Assembly (NCBI GenBank): GCA_963803705.1
Contig: CAWDNU010000004.1
Location: forward strand, 768,001 to 832,000
Reading direction: 5' to 3'
Length of the DNA: 64,000 nt
Origin: an uncultured Pseudobdellovibrionaceae bacterium
GTDB taxonomy: Bacteria > Bdellovibrionota > Bdellovibrionia > Bdellovibrionales > UBA1609
The translations under genes were made by a program, and so were the position numbers. Shown piece after piece: positions 20,178-30,208 of the stretch (its first letter is position 1; every line of letters begins with the position of its first letter). The notes beneath the pieces are model-generated. The model saw only the letters and a program-made list of their open reading frames with translations, did no database searches and was not told the DNA's origin.

Positions 20178-22316
20178 TTATCTTTTTGGACAAAGGTTTT
20201 CTACGTTAGATACAAATTTACCAACTTCATCAGCCCAAAATTCACCTTTAAATTTCCAACCGTAATCCTTACCTTTTCCGTTTTTCTTCTTAGCCGATAT
20301 AGAGGCTTGTGACCTACCTTGGACTTGACCACCTGCAGACCTAAATCTTATATTTTTACCCGAATTGGCGTAGACCTCGTATCTTAAAAGTTCGTTATTT
20401 TTCATAACTTTTGCCATTTTTGTATCTACAGAACCCAAAGCTCTTCTAAGGGTCTGTTCAGCTTGCGAAATATATGCGTCTCTAATTTGGATAACACGCT
20501 TAGTGGAATCTCCAGTAAGCTTTCTGTAAGTTACAAAGCCTTGATCTATTAAACTTAGCCTGTAGGCCCCAGTGATCAGCTTTTGCTTAGCTGTAGATAG
20601 ATCTTCTTCTTTTACCTTAGCTTTGCTATATTTTTTCTTCTTATCTAGCGTATTAATTTCGCTTTCAAGCTGAGCTACAACTTTTTTAGCTCCGGCCATT
20701 TCATCTTTTATTTTATTCCTGATAACAATAATCTCGCTAACTGCATTATTATAAAATGTAATTTCATCAATGATATTATTCAATTTTTTTTGCACCACTA
20801 TAAACTCTTTGTCCCGAATCATTTCACGAATTATGGGAAAAGGCAGACCATCAACGTCTTCTTGCGAGCTACCAGCAAGGTAGGTCATAGCTGTCTTGTA
20901 AGCCGATTTACTAGAATCCTTAGAGTAGTCGCTAACCATCGAACGCCAGGTTGGATAGACGTCTTCTAAATACCCTAAAGCTTTGTTGGCATCTGGAAAC
21001 TGACACATATTTAAGTAACCGATAGTTCTAATAACGTAAGTTTCTGGTTTGAATACAGATTTAAAGAATGGTGAATGCAAAGTGTACATATTACCAATAG
21101 CTTCAGGATATTTTTGCAGTCTAATCTGTGTCCAACCTTTTTCAGTTAAAGAATCAAACCACATAGGATGTTTTCTACTGACTTTATCGTAAGCTTTGAT
21201 CGCATTTTTATAGTCAGCGATTTCAAAGTTAAAGCGCCCCAAAGTTAGCTGAGTTAAACTGTAAAGATCTGAAGTATATTCCGACTCAGTAAATTTTTTG
21301 GATAGAGCTGACAGGATCTTAATACCGCCAGCAGTATTGTCTCTTAGATACTCTGAAGCCCCTAGTAAGAACTGGGCATCTCTGTAGAATTTGCTCTTTG
21401 ATGATACAATTTCAGCAAGCTTACTAGAGTCCAAAAATTTGCCCTCAATAAATCGCCCTTTAGCTAAAATATAATTATAAAAGTCTTTTTGTTTTTGCAC
21501 TAATTTTCGATAAACTTCAATTGGCGCTAAGGCCTCTGCAATGATTGACTCGTAACCTGTTGGCAGATCATCTAGCAAATGCTCGACTGCTTCCTGAGTG
21601 TAGTAATCAATTCCCGTTCTAATTACTGAGGCAAGTAGTGGCACTGATTCAGAATATAGCTTTCTTTTGTGCTGACATGAGCCTAAGAAAAATCTAACTT
21701 CTGGCTTATTATATCCCTTACTAAGAAGATAGTGTGAAAGCATGATAACTTCAGGACATGCCATTTGATCGTGATACAAAATAGATAAAAATAAGAAATC
21801 GCGCTCTTTAGTGTCTTCATTAGACATAGCTTTAAGCGTTATCTGCTGAGGTGTTGATAGGCTAGGTTTTAAGGCCGCAACCACCTGAGGCTGAATGACC
21901 TCTGTATCTTTAAATAGCCCCATATTTTCTTTAACTTCTGCAACTTTTTTTGATTCTAAAGAGTTTAAGTCAAAACTTAATAGTGGTGACTCTTTTGCCG
22001 GTAACTGTTTAAAGTTATTAAACTTTATACTTTTTGACGGTTTGATCTCTACAACAATTTTTTTAGGAACAATAACTTCAGGCTCTTTACCTATTTCAAT
22101 TTTAGGAACAGTTTCCCTAACATCTTGAACTAAAGCACCCTGTTTTAACTTTTTGTTAATAAAGTCAAAGATCGGTATGGATATTATCTTTAAAGGTGGA
22201 TTTTTGTATACGTAAACATCAGTGTTTTCAGACAGCTTCAAAGTCTGACCACTAGAAAGTGCATAGCTATAAGCTGAACAAAAAAGTATGTTGAGTAAAA
22301 TAAATGTTCTTTTCAT
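20178..22316 (-). CDS. TPR protein, GltC-like gliding motility component
   Basis: Signal peptide, TPR-like helices, LHSPFF and C-terminal WKFKGEFWADEVG...C motif typical of GltC-like proteins; cluster context. Confidence 0.7.
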   Translation of the reverse strand: MKRTFILLNILFCSAYSYALSSGQTLKLSENTDVYVYKNPPLKIISIPIFDFINKKLKQGALVQDVRETVPKIEIGKEPEVIVPKKIVVEIKPSKSIKFNNFKQLPAKESPLLSFDLNSLESKKVAEVKENMGLFKDTEVIQPQVVAALKPSLSTPQQITLKAMSNEDTKERDFLFLSILYHDQMACPEVIMLSHYLLSKGYNKPEVRFFLGSCQHKRKLYSESVPLLASVIRTGIDYYTQEAVEHLLDDLPTGYESIIAEALAPIEVYRKLVQKQKDFYNYILAKGRFIEGKFLDSSKLAEIVSSKSKFYRDAQFLLGASEYLRDNTAGGIKILSALSKKFTESEYTSDLYSLTQLTLGRFNFEIADYKNAIKAYDKVSRKHPMWFDSLTEKGWTQIRLQKYPEAIGNMYTLHSPFFKSVFKPETYVIRTIGYLNMCQFPDANKALGYLEDVYPTWRSMVSDYSKDSSKSAYKTAMTYLAGSSQEDVDGLPFPIIREMIRDKEFIVVQKKLNNIIDEITFYNNAVSEIIVIRNKIKDEMAGAKKVVAQLESEINTLDKKKKYSKAKVKEEDLSTAKQKLITGAYRLSLIDQGFVTYRKLTGDSTKRVIQIRDAYISQAEQTLRRALGSVDTKMAKVMKNNELLRYEVYANSGKNIRFRSAGGQVQGRSQASISAKKKNGKGKDYGWKFKGEFWADEVGKFVSNVENLCPKR

Positions 22317-22379
22317 AAAAAATGCACTCCTGATTAAATCAGGGGGTTGGTACTATAACCAACTCCCAAACTATTTTTG

Positions 22380-23174
22380 TTAAAAGTAGTAAGTGACACC
22401 TAAGTTCAGTGACGAAATATCTGTTAGTTCATCTCTCAATTTTTCACCTATTTGTTCACCAGTTCCTTTTGTATTAAAAGCTACAATCTCTTCATTGAAA
22501 AATCTCATTTTATAATCCACTCTAAAAGCTAGCTTAGGCGTGATAAAATAAGTTTGAGAAACGTCAAACTGAACAGCTGGAGCTGTCTGAGAGACCTCCG
22601 TTCTAGTTGAGTCCACAGTGCTTACTTGTCTTTGCTGATCATAAGAAACCAGACCTAAGCCCAAGCCAAATGACATATCAAAATAGACAACTTTCGTCCC
22701 CATAAAGCTCATCTTAGAGTAAAAAGGGACCCATCTAGCAACTGCCCCATAAAATGAAGTTACGCGTCCAAAGTCTGGAGCACCACTTAGTTCGAAAATA
22801 TTCTTGGTCGCATCGTTGTCATCCAAAGAATAAACTGCACCTTGAAGCTCAACGCCCCATCTTTCAGTAAAGTAGTATGAAACAGCGACATCAAGGTTGA
22901 AACCTGATGACCAAGCATCCATGAGCACTGGTCCTCCAAGCAAAGACACTCCAATTTTTTTCTCTTTTGCGTAAGTACGACTCTGCACCACAGAATAACT
23001 TTGATCACTTGGCTGCCAATATTTGTCTTCAATATTTTTCATATCTACTTTTTTTGGCGCTGCGGCTGCTGGTGCTTCTGTGGCTAGTGCTTCTGATTCT
23101 TTTTTATCCTGAGCATTAGCTTGAAACGCCAAGAACATAGTTAAAATCGTGCTGATTATCATAGTTGCTTTCAT
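22380..23174 (-). CDS. Outer-membrane beta-barrel protein, GltA/GltB-like
   Basis: Signal peptide, VVQSR motif, WVPFYSKMS, amphipathic strands and terminal aromatic YYF. Confidence 0.75.
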   Translation of the reverse strand: MKATMIISTILTMFLAFQANAQDKKESEALATEAPAAAAPKKVDMKNIEDKYWQPSDQSYSVVQSRTYAKEKKIGVSLLGGPVLMDAWSSGFNLDVAVSYYFTERWGVELQGAVYSLDDNDATKNIFELSGAPDFGRVTSFYGAVARWVPFYSKMSFMGTKVVYFDMSFGLGLGLVSYDQQRQVSTVDSTRTEVSQTAPAVQFDVSQTYFITPKLAFRVDYKMRFFNEEIVAFNTKGTGEQIGEKLRDELTDISSLNLGVTYYF

Positions 23175-23244
23175 TAAACGTACCCCTTTTATTATTTGTT
23201 TTTAGTTAGTTGTAAAAAAATTATTACTTAAATACTATACCCCG

Positions 23245-24738
23245 TTAATTGTTAGCCTTAAAGAAGAATGGGAAAGCAACGATCACATCCCCACCACCGT
23301 CGGGTCTAGGAAACTTCCATCTTTTCACAATTCTTAGCATACAGCCTTCAACCATATTATTTTTCATCGTGGTTTGTTCGATCTTTTGATTTTTTACAGT
23401 CCCCTCAGCGGTAATAATCCACGCTAATTTAACTTTGCCGTATAAACCGGGTTTTGCAGCTAGTTCTCGCTCATAACAATACCGTATCCGGCCCATATTT
23501 TTTTGAACAACATCACGAATGATAGCGGGGTCAATACCACCACTGATTTCTGTTTCTTCCTCAATGGCGTCAACAACACCACCGCCTCCAACACTACCCG
23601 CAGACAGGCCACCTAATTTTCCAGCTGCAGCACTTCCGCCCTCTACTCCGTTGGTCGAAACCGAAGTCACATTAAACGAACCAGCGTTTTTTGATAGGGT
23701 TGCACCTTTTACAGCAACGCCCTTAGAAGCAAATGATCTATTTCTAGATTTGCTAACGCTTTTATTGGCGTTTTCAAGCAGTGAATCTGATGATAAATTT
23801 ATCGCTGCAATCTTGGATATCTTGTCCGTTAAACCTGATTTTTTCAAAATGGTTACAATTTTTTTCGCTTTTTCAGTTTTGGGTATTGCAACAGGTCTTT
23901 TCTTTTCAGGTTCAACCTTAACAATTTTTTTCTTCTCTTTCTTTTCTATATCTTTTTTGATCTCTTTAGCTTCTTTTTGCTGCTGCTTAATAACTTCAGG
24001 ATCAAAAATCATTTTGGTATATTTATTACTTTCTAAAGCGTTAGGATCTTTAGGCATCAATTTAGGCATTAACCACGCCGTTAAAAAAAAGAAAAGTGCA
24101 ATACCAAGAGCAACGCCAAAAGACTTTACTATCTCTTCTGGAAAGTAGCCCCAAATTGTTTTTGGTTTTGGATTTATAAATACAGGTGCTTGAACATTAC
24201 GTCTTCTAACTGTAATTCTACCTAATTTATCTTCTAGCCAGTCTTCAGATTCTGCAGGTTGAAATGTTTTATCCTCACCGGCATATCTAAGCTTGATAGG
24301 TTCACCAACTTGAATCATTTCAGAACTTAAAATTTCAGTTCCTAAAAGAACAATGACTTGCTGGGCTGCAACTAAGTTGTCCCCTTCTAGCTCAATTTTC
24401 TTATTTTCTAAAAATAAATTAATTGCATTAATTTGAACAGGTTCGATCATTAACGTTTCGTCGCCGAAGTTAATTATAGTTTTTTGATCAATAAGGCTTT
24501 CATCGATCGAATCCTTACCTTGCCAGGTGCCATGTTGACTCGCTAGATCGACAATATGCCAGCGACCATGCCGTTGTTCTATAGATGCGTGTATGTCATC
24601 TACTTTTTTATCTATAATTCTAATCTTGGCATTTGGTGAAGATCCCACAGTAATCACTTCAGAACTCGAAACCACTCTAAAGTGGTTTAGGGTCTGCTTT
24701 CCATTTCTGTGAATAATTTTAAGCTCAACCTTTCTCAT
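23245..24738 (-). CDS. FHA-TM-TonB/AgmX-PglI C-terminal domain protein, GltG-like
   Basis: N-terminal FHA-like segment (IVDLASQHGTW), single TM, Lys/Gly-rich linker, C-terminal IRYCYERELAAKPGLYGKV...WKFPRP. Confidence 0.8.
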   Translation of the reverse strand: MRKVELKIIHRNGKQTLNHFRVVSSSEVITVGSSPNAKIRIIDKKVDDIHASIEQRHGRWHIVDLASQHGTWQGKDSIDESLIDQKTIINFGDETLMIEPVQINAINLFLENKKIELEGDNLVAAQQVIVLLGTEILSSEMIQVGEPIKLRYAGEDKTFQPAESEDWLEDKLGRITVRRRNVQAPVFINPKPKTIWGYFPEEIVKSFGVALGIALFFFLTAWLMPKLMPKDPNALESNKYTKMIFDPEVIKQQQKEAKEIKKDIEKKEKKKIVKVEPEKKRPVAIPKTEKAKKIVTILKKSGLTDKISKIAAINLSSDSLLENANKSVSKSRNRSFASKGVAVKGATLSKNAGSFNVTSVSTNGVEGGSAAAGKLGGLSAGSVGGGGVVDAIEEETEISGGIDPAIIRDVVQKNMGRIRYCYERELAAKPGLYGKVKLAWIITAEGTVKNQKIEQTTMKNNMVEGCMLRIVKRWKFPRPDGGGDVIVAFPFFFKANN

Positions 24739-24742
24739 CTGA

Positions 24743-24976
24743 TTACCTCAAGAAGTAAATTGATTTTTTAATTTCGTTTTGCATTTCTGTCTTAACTTCG
24801 TAAATTGGCAGAAAGTCTACGCCGCTTTTTTGCATAATGTACTGACCGTCAGGAGTTCTTACTTCTCCATCGACATCTAAGGCATCAAAATCGATTCGCT
24901 TTGGTTTACCTTTTTGCGCAGAGGCCACAACACTTAAGGATGAAATTAACAAAATTATTATAAAGTTTTTCATCAC
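24743..24976 (-). CDS. Small secreted protein, GltF/CglF-like
   Basis: Signal peptide plus IDFDALDVDGEVRTP motif, located between GltE- and GltG-like genes. Confidence 0.7.
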   Translation of the reverse strand: MMKNFIIILLISSLSVVASAQKGKPKRIDFDALDVDGEVRTPDGQYIMQKSGVDFLPIYEVKTEMQNEIKKSIYFLR

Positions 24977-26070
24977 TGTCCTCCTTCTTCAGAATCAGTA
25001 TTTGAATTTTTTTCTACTTGCTTCTCATTTGATTGGTTTGTAGAAGCGGGAACTCTTTTATTTTGTTGTTTTTTTGCTTGCTGTGTTTTTACAGGATTTG
25101 TTTGCTCTTCAATTTTAGTATTCAATGTAGCGATTTTATTTAAAATTTCTGTTCTTTCTTTAGAGACAACCTCTTTCGGAAAAACACCGCTAATTTTTTC
25201 ATACCAAGTCAAAGCTCGTTTATAATCTTTTATTTTTGTTTCATAGATGTCAGCCAAAACATAAGCTAGATCTATTCTGTTTTTCTTCAGCTTGATGGCT
25301 CGAATGTAGAAAGGAACTGCTTCCTTAAACTTATCTAACTGAGCAAAACTATCTGCCATTCCTAGAACCGCTCCGAAAACTTCATCGTTAGCATCGATTA
25401 CCTTTCGATAATAAGTCTGGGCATTTTCAAATTCGTAGTCACTAAAATACACTTGGGCCATAAGTAAAGCAGCTTCTGCTAGTTTTGGTTCTAGCTCTAA
25501 TGCTTTTTTTGCAGATTGAAAAGCAGCATCTTTTTGGTCTTGTAACCATAGTAGTCTTGCTTTTTGAAATTCGATAATTCCGTTTTCAGGTGATTTTCTA
25601 TCAGCAAGACCTATCATCCATAGAGCTCTAGGCATATTGCCCTCTTTTTCTGAAACTAAAGATAAGAAGTAAGCTCCCCAAGGGGCGTCAATATGGCGCA
25701 CTGAGAAGGTCTCGCCGATAAGTCTTACTGTGTCCCATTTTTTTTCATTAACACACACGAATCCGACCCGAAGCATATTGCCCCAATCTTCAAAATCTTT
25801 TTTAGCATCGAAGCGACACTTTTCTTTAACCTTATCTTTACTCAGAACACTTAATAAAGAATTGTTCTGCGTGTAGTATCTTGACCTTGCAAGTCTTTCT
25901 TTCAAATCACCAGCAAGCTCTTTTTTCCCGATGTCTGAAACTCTGTCAGTTCTATTTTTTTTAAGTAATCGTGATTGCTTTGGTCCAGAAGTTCCGCAAC
26001 CTACGATAAAGCATACTGCAAATGAGCCTAGTAGTAATTTTTTTAAACTAGTATTATGAGTTTTCATCAC
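24973..26070 (-). CDS. TPR lipoprotein, GltE/AglT-like
   Basis: Lipobox FIVGC, several TPR repeats, operon position. Confidence 0.7.
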   Translation of the reverse strand: MMKTHNTSLKKLLLGSFAVCFIVGCGTSGPKQSRLLKKNRTDRVSDIGKKELAGDLKERLARSRYYTQNNSLLSVLSKDKVKEKCRFDAKKDFEDWGNMLRVGFVCVNEKKWDTVRLIGETFSVRHIDAPWGAYFLSLVSEKEGNMPRALWMIGLADRKSPENGIIEFQKARLLWLQDQKDAAFQSAKKALELEPKLAEAALLMAQVYFSDYEFENAQTYYRKVIDANDEVFGAVLGMADSFAQLDKFKEAVPFYIRAIKLKKNRIDLAYVLADIYETKIKDYKRALTWYEKISGVFPKEVVSKERTEILNKIATLNTKIEEQTNPVKTQQAKKQQNKRVPASTNQSNEKQVEKNSNTDSEEGGQ

Positions 26071-29069
26071 TTAGCCCCCTTATCACTTTTATCGTTGGCA
26101 AAAACTGGTCCTGGCAAATCTGTTTCTATGGACGAAATTTTTCTTTCTTTCATATTCAAATTATCTAGTATTCTTTGCACTTTACCAACTGATCCATCTC
26201 TTAAATCAGACTTTCGTGCAAATTTAAGGGCTGTATCAATAGTTTGAACTGCTTTTTCTTCAAAAGGAAAAACCACATTATATAATTCGTCTTTTAAAGC
26301 AGTGCGCTCATCTTCTCCAAAGCTAGCTGGACCTTCGATAGAGTTTAAACTAGTTACAAATCCTTGATACAAGCCTGCAAGACCAACCAAACTATTCACT
26401 GTAGTAAAAGCATCTCCACCTTTAGTAGCTGCTTGATATGAAGCTTGAACACCCGCAAGCATTCTACTTTTTGCATCAATACCTTGGGTCAATCTACTCA
26501 TACTAGAGTCATCAATTTTGTAATTTAAATATGAGATCTCTTTTAAAGTTCCCTCTAAATAGTTAAGTTTAGCTCTATCTTCGTCCAAAAGATTTCTTTT
26601 TAAACCTTGGTTTGTCCAGACAGCTAAGGCTGAATTTTTACCAGCTTTCTTTAAGCTTTCTGCATAGGTAGAAATTGCAGGTGATGATATTGCAGAGACA
26701 TTACTTAAAGACATATCTTTTAGAACTTCTAAGTACCTTTCTTCTTTACTTAATTGATCAGATAAAAATATAACTCGATCAATAGCTTGGCTTGCGGTGT
26801 CAGTTATGCTCTTTTGACTTGCGAACCTTGGGTTTTGAAATATACCTTTAAATTCAGCAATGGCTTGGTAGTATTTTCCAGATGCCGCGTAGAAGTCACC
26901 ACTAAGTAACAACCAGCTTGCTACGTTTTTAGAATCAGCAACACTTAAAATTTTAGTAACTTCTAAGGCACTTGAAGGCATACCCATTTGTTCATACAAA
27001 TCGGCCGCTAAAATCAAACCCTCAACCGCTCTTTCATGTTTTGGAAACTTTTTATAGAAATCTAGGTAAGCTGACGCTGCTCCTGGAAAATCCTCTTTCT
27101 TAAAGAAAAGATCAACAATATTCCACTGGGCTTCATCAGCCAACTTTGAATCAGAATGGTTAACAGCAAAGGCTCTGTATAAAGCAATAGCTTCATCATA
27201 CTTTTTATCAGACACTAGCACTTGAACATGCGAGAAATAAGCTTGCTCAAAAATCACTTGCAAACTTGCCTTACGTTTTGGTTCTTTTTCTAAGGATCTC
27301 CACTCTAACGCACCTTTTTGCAAAGCTATGTAGTCTTTCTTTTTATTTAAAATATCTAGATATAAATCTTGGGATTTTTTACCTTTTGATTCATCTGGAA
27401 ATCTTTGCCCCAACAGATAAAACCTTGGCAGAGCTAATTCAAGCTTTTCTTTAGTATAATCTAGCAGTGCTACTTTAAAGGAAACATCTAAATAATGTTC
27501 GCCCTTTGGATGTTTAGCTAAATAGTTTTCAGCTAAAAGCTTCAAACGTGTTTCGTTTTCGTCAGTCCAATCGTTTTTAACTGCTTTATCATGGGAAACT
27601 AAGGCTGCATATCTAGAATCGTGAGCCTTAACTTTATCTTCAACTGACATACCCACTTTTTCATACTCTACACTTGCTTCATCAAATTTCTTCAAATGAA
27701 ACAAAACGTCAGCAAAAACATATCTAGCTTCAGCATTGGATGCGATAGCTTCTTGTTTTCTTAAATGCACCCTAAAAGCTTGCTCTGATGCGATTGCATA
27801 CTTTTCACTATTTTCTTTTTTCCATCTTTTAACCCAGCTTTTGGCCACATTGATCGAGTATGAATCCACTGAGTCCGCACACTCTTCAACTTCTGGGTCT
27901 TCAATTTTTTCACCCTTAGCTAAAACAGCATCACAACTTCTATCAAATTTAACTAAGTTAATAATAGCTTCTTTCAAACGATTCTGGCCGTCATAGGTCT
28001 CTGCTAAACGTCTATGAAAAAATGGACGTCTTGCATTGTCTGGAAAACGTTTCACTAAACCAAGAAGAATCATCTCTTCGTCTTTAATTTTTCCATGCTT
28101 ATTGTAAATTTTAGATAAACGCTCTAAGTAAGGAGTAGGATTAATGTTCTGCGCCTGAGCCACAAAATAGTCTATAGCTTTAGAAGACGGATTGGCTTCA
28201 CTGTAAAATAGAGCCATGTCGCTAAGTGCTTCTTTTCGTATATCTAATTTTAGATCACTACCTTCTTTCTCAACTCTATGTCCTATGGCCACCACTTCTT
28301 CCATAGTTACTAGTGCTTTCTCTGGACTTTTCATATTAAAGTGACACCAAGCAGATTTGTAAATTCCGTAAGGATAAACTTTTGAATCTGGATATTTTCT
28401 AATAAGTTCAAAAAATGCTAAACCTTTTGGAAAATTATTTGCCTGAAAAGCAATTTCACCCAAAGCTAGCAGCGCATCAGGTATCATTGGTGAATTTCTT
28501 AGCCTTTTATTTTTTAACATGCGGGTAAAAACAAGTTCTGCACCAGCTTTCATCTCTGCTTGCAAATGCGCATAACCATTGTTGTATATTACCGCATCCA
28601 TCTGACTGAATGTAGGATGTGTATTTTCAATAGCTTCGTAAACTTTAACAGCTTCCAAAATAAATAATTTTTCCTTTCCAACAACGTTCTTAGGAATAAA
28701 ACTTGCTGACACATTATCTGCGCCGTCTTCTACTTCTTCTTGAAACATCTCGAATACTCTAGAAGATCTAGCTTTATTCATGTAAAGTTCAGCGAGTCTA
28801 AAAAGCAGAGAGGCCTCTGTGTCGGTTCCCTTATATTTTCTTAATAAAACTTTTAGCTGCTCTATTGCTTTTTGTTCATTGCCAGAAGCCAGCACTTCAG
28901 TTGCTAGCTCATCGTTAGGATTGGGTTGTCTTCGCTGAGAGCTTGCCGACTCAGCCGGTGTTTTTTTAACTGCTTCTCCGGCATTTTTTTTCGCATTCTG
29001 AGCTATAGAATTGAAACTTAATGAAAAAGTTAGAAAGAATAAAAGAATTTTCATTTTACTCACCGCCAC
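26067..29069 (-). CDS. Large periplasmic TPR protein, GltD/AgmU-like
   Basis: Signal peptide, LLFRLAELY, many TPRs over 1000 aa, directly after the ExbD-like gene. Confidence 0.75.
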   Translation of the reverse strand: MAVSKMKILLFFLTFSLSFNSIAQNAKKNAGEAVKKTPAESASSQRRQPNPNDELATEVLASGNEQKAIEQLKVLLRKYKGTDTEASLLFRLAELYMNKARSSRVFEMFQEEVEDGADNVSASFIPKNVVGKEKLFILEAVKVYEAIENTHPTFSQMDAVIYNNGYAHLQAEMKAGAELVFTRMLKNKRLRNSPMIPDALLALGEIAFQANNFPKGLAFFELIRKYPDSKVYPYGIYKSAWCHFNMKSPEKALVTMEEVVAIGHRVEKEGSDLKLDIRKEALSDMALFYSEANPSSKAIDYFVAQAQNINPTPYLERLSKIYNKHGKIKDEEMILLGLVKRFPDNARRPFFHRRLAETYDGQNRLKEAIINLVKFDRSCDAVLAKGEKIEDPEVEECADSVDSYSINVAKSWVKRWKKENSEKYAIASEQAFRVHLRKQEAIASNAEARYVFADVLFHLKKFDEASVEYEKVGMSVEDKVKAHDSRYAALVSHDKAVKNDWTDENETRLKLLAENYLAKHPKGEHYLDVSFKVALLDYTKEKLELALPRFYLLGQRFPDESKGKKSQDLYLDILNKKKDYIALQKGALEWRSLEKEPKRKASLQVIFEQAYFSHVQVLVSDKKYDEAIALYRAFAVNHSDSKLADEAQWNIVDLFFKKEDFPGAASAYLDFYKKFPKHERAVEGLILAADLYEQMGMPSSALEVTKILSVADSKNVASWLLLSGDFYAASGKYYQAIAEFKGIFQNPRFASQKSITDTASQAIDRVIFLSDQLSKEERYLEVLKDMSLSNVSAISSPAISTYAESLKKAGKNSALAVWTNQGLKRNLLDEDRAKLNYLEGTLKEISYLNYKIDDSSMSRLTQGIDAKSRMLAGVQASYQAATKGGDAFTTVNSLVGLAGLYQGFVTSLNSIEGPASFGEDERTALKDELYNVVFPFEEKAVQTIDTALKFARKSDLRDGSVGKVQRILDNLNMKERKISSIETDLPGPVFANDKSDKGAK

Positions 29070-29580
29070 TTATAGTTGCGAGCCTTAAATCTCCGTAACC
29101 AGCTACAGAAGAAGTGTATAAAACACGCTTTATTGTTGCATAATCCATTTCTTTATCTACTTGGACAAAAACTGTTCCTGTAAATTTAACCAATGCATTA
29201 GTCTTTTTTTCGACTAGTTTACTTTTTTCAGCTTCAGCTAATAAAACCTTTTCTAAAGCAGGAATTAAGTATGTATCGTTAGGTGCTAAATCTTTTTTAA
29301 AAATCTTTCCGTTATCCATTTGTACTAATTGTCGTTCATTCACGGTGATAAAACCTGGCGCAATCTGAATCAACAGCGCCTCTTTGGGCTCTTCACCTTG
29401 ATACGAGGTAGGCAGTCTTAATGAGTCTGGAGGTGGCTTAATCGCAGTTACTGACATAGATTTTAGCAAAAACACAACCAGAATTGTGAACATGTCCACC
29501 ATAGCCGTTAGCTGTAAAGTCACCGGTTTACTTGTTTGCGCGTTTTTAAGCATTCTTTTGACGATAGACATATTATTCAT
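29056..29580 (-). CDS. ExbD/TolR family protein, AglS-like
   Basis: TM segment LTAMVDMFTILVVFLL with the conserved Asp; C-terminal QVDKEMDY...AGY. Confidence 0.88.
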   Translation of the reverse strand: MNNMSIVKRMLKNAQTSKPVTLQLTAMVDMFTILVVFLLKSMSVTAIKPPPDSLRLPTSYQGEEPKEALLIQIAPGFITVNERQLVQMDNGKIFKKDLAPNDTYLIPALEKVLLAEAEKSKLVEKKTNALVKFTGTVFVQVDKEMDYATIKRVLYTSSVAGYGDLRLATISGGE

Positions 29581-30152
29581 CCGCTCCCATTATATTCCCG
29601 AAAGTAACATCATCGAACATCACCGGAGTATTAAATACTTTTCCCGTATCTTTATCTTTGACCGGAAACTCTTCATTGTTTGGCGAAATTTTCATAGCAT
29701 CTAATAGAGACCGACAATATTTTCATACTTTACTGTTTCAGTCGGATTCAATCTTGCTCTGAAAACTGTTGGATTCTCTTTTTTAATTTTTACTAACTCG
29801 TCAGATGAACTTATGTTTATCAATTTTAGCATCAACTGATGCAGGAATTCTTGAAGTCTGAAGAATTTCATCACCTTTCTTCAGGTTTTAAATCAAGCAC
29901 TATGCTTCCCACTATCTAAAACATAAAGGCCAATTTTTTTCTCTTTGTTTTCTTCAACATTTTTATCAATTGCGGCTTGTGCTTCACCAATTACTGGCAC
30001 TTTAGCATTTAAACTCGTAAGTTTTAAAAAGGCTGCGCTAAAAGTAGAACAGGAATTAAGGTAGCCATAAGTCCAAGTAGCGGAGCCAAATCCAACTCCA
30101 TGTCCTCTTCTGGATTACCACTGTTGTAAACTATATCTTCTACGATTCCCAC
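29573..30152 (-). pseudogene. ExbD/TolR family gene (AglQ-like) broken by at least 5 frameshifts (true pseudogene or consensus error)
   Basis: Manual translation from GTG 30152 (RBS GAGGTG) gives MGIVEDIVYNSGNPEEDMELDLAPLLGLMATLIPVLL, SAAFLKLTSLNAKVPV..., DELVKIKKENPTVFRARLNPTETVKYENIV and LLDAMKI...FDDVTFGNIMGADE* in changing frames. Confidence 0.8.
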
Positions 30153-30208
30153 TTTACACCTCTTTTATATTTACAAACTTTTCTTCCAAACGTTGACTAT
30201 TTCAGAAA

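Noticed and set aside
23519..24148. 209-aa antisense ORF and the other short ORFs opposite long genes
   Set aside because: Shadow ORFs lying within well-supported genes on the other strand, with no motifs.
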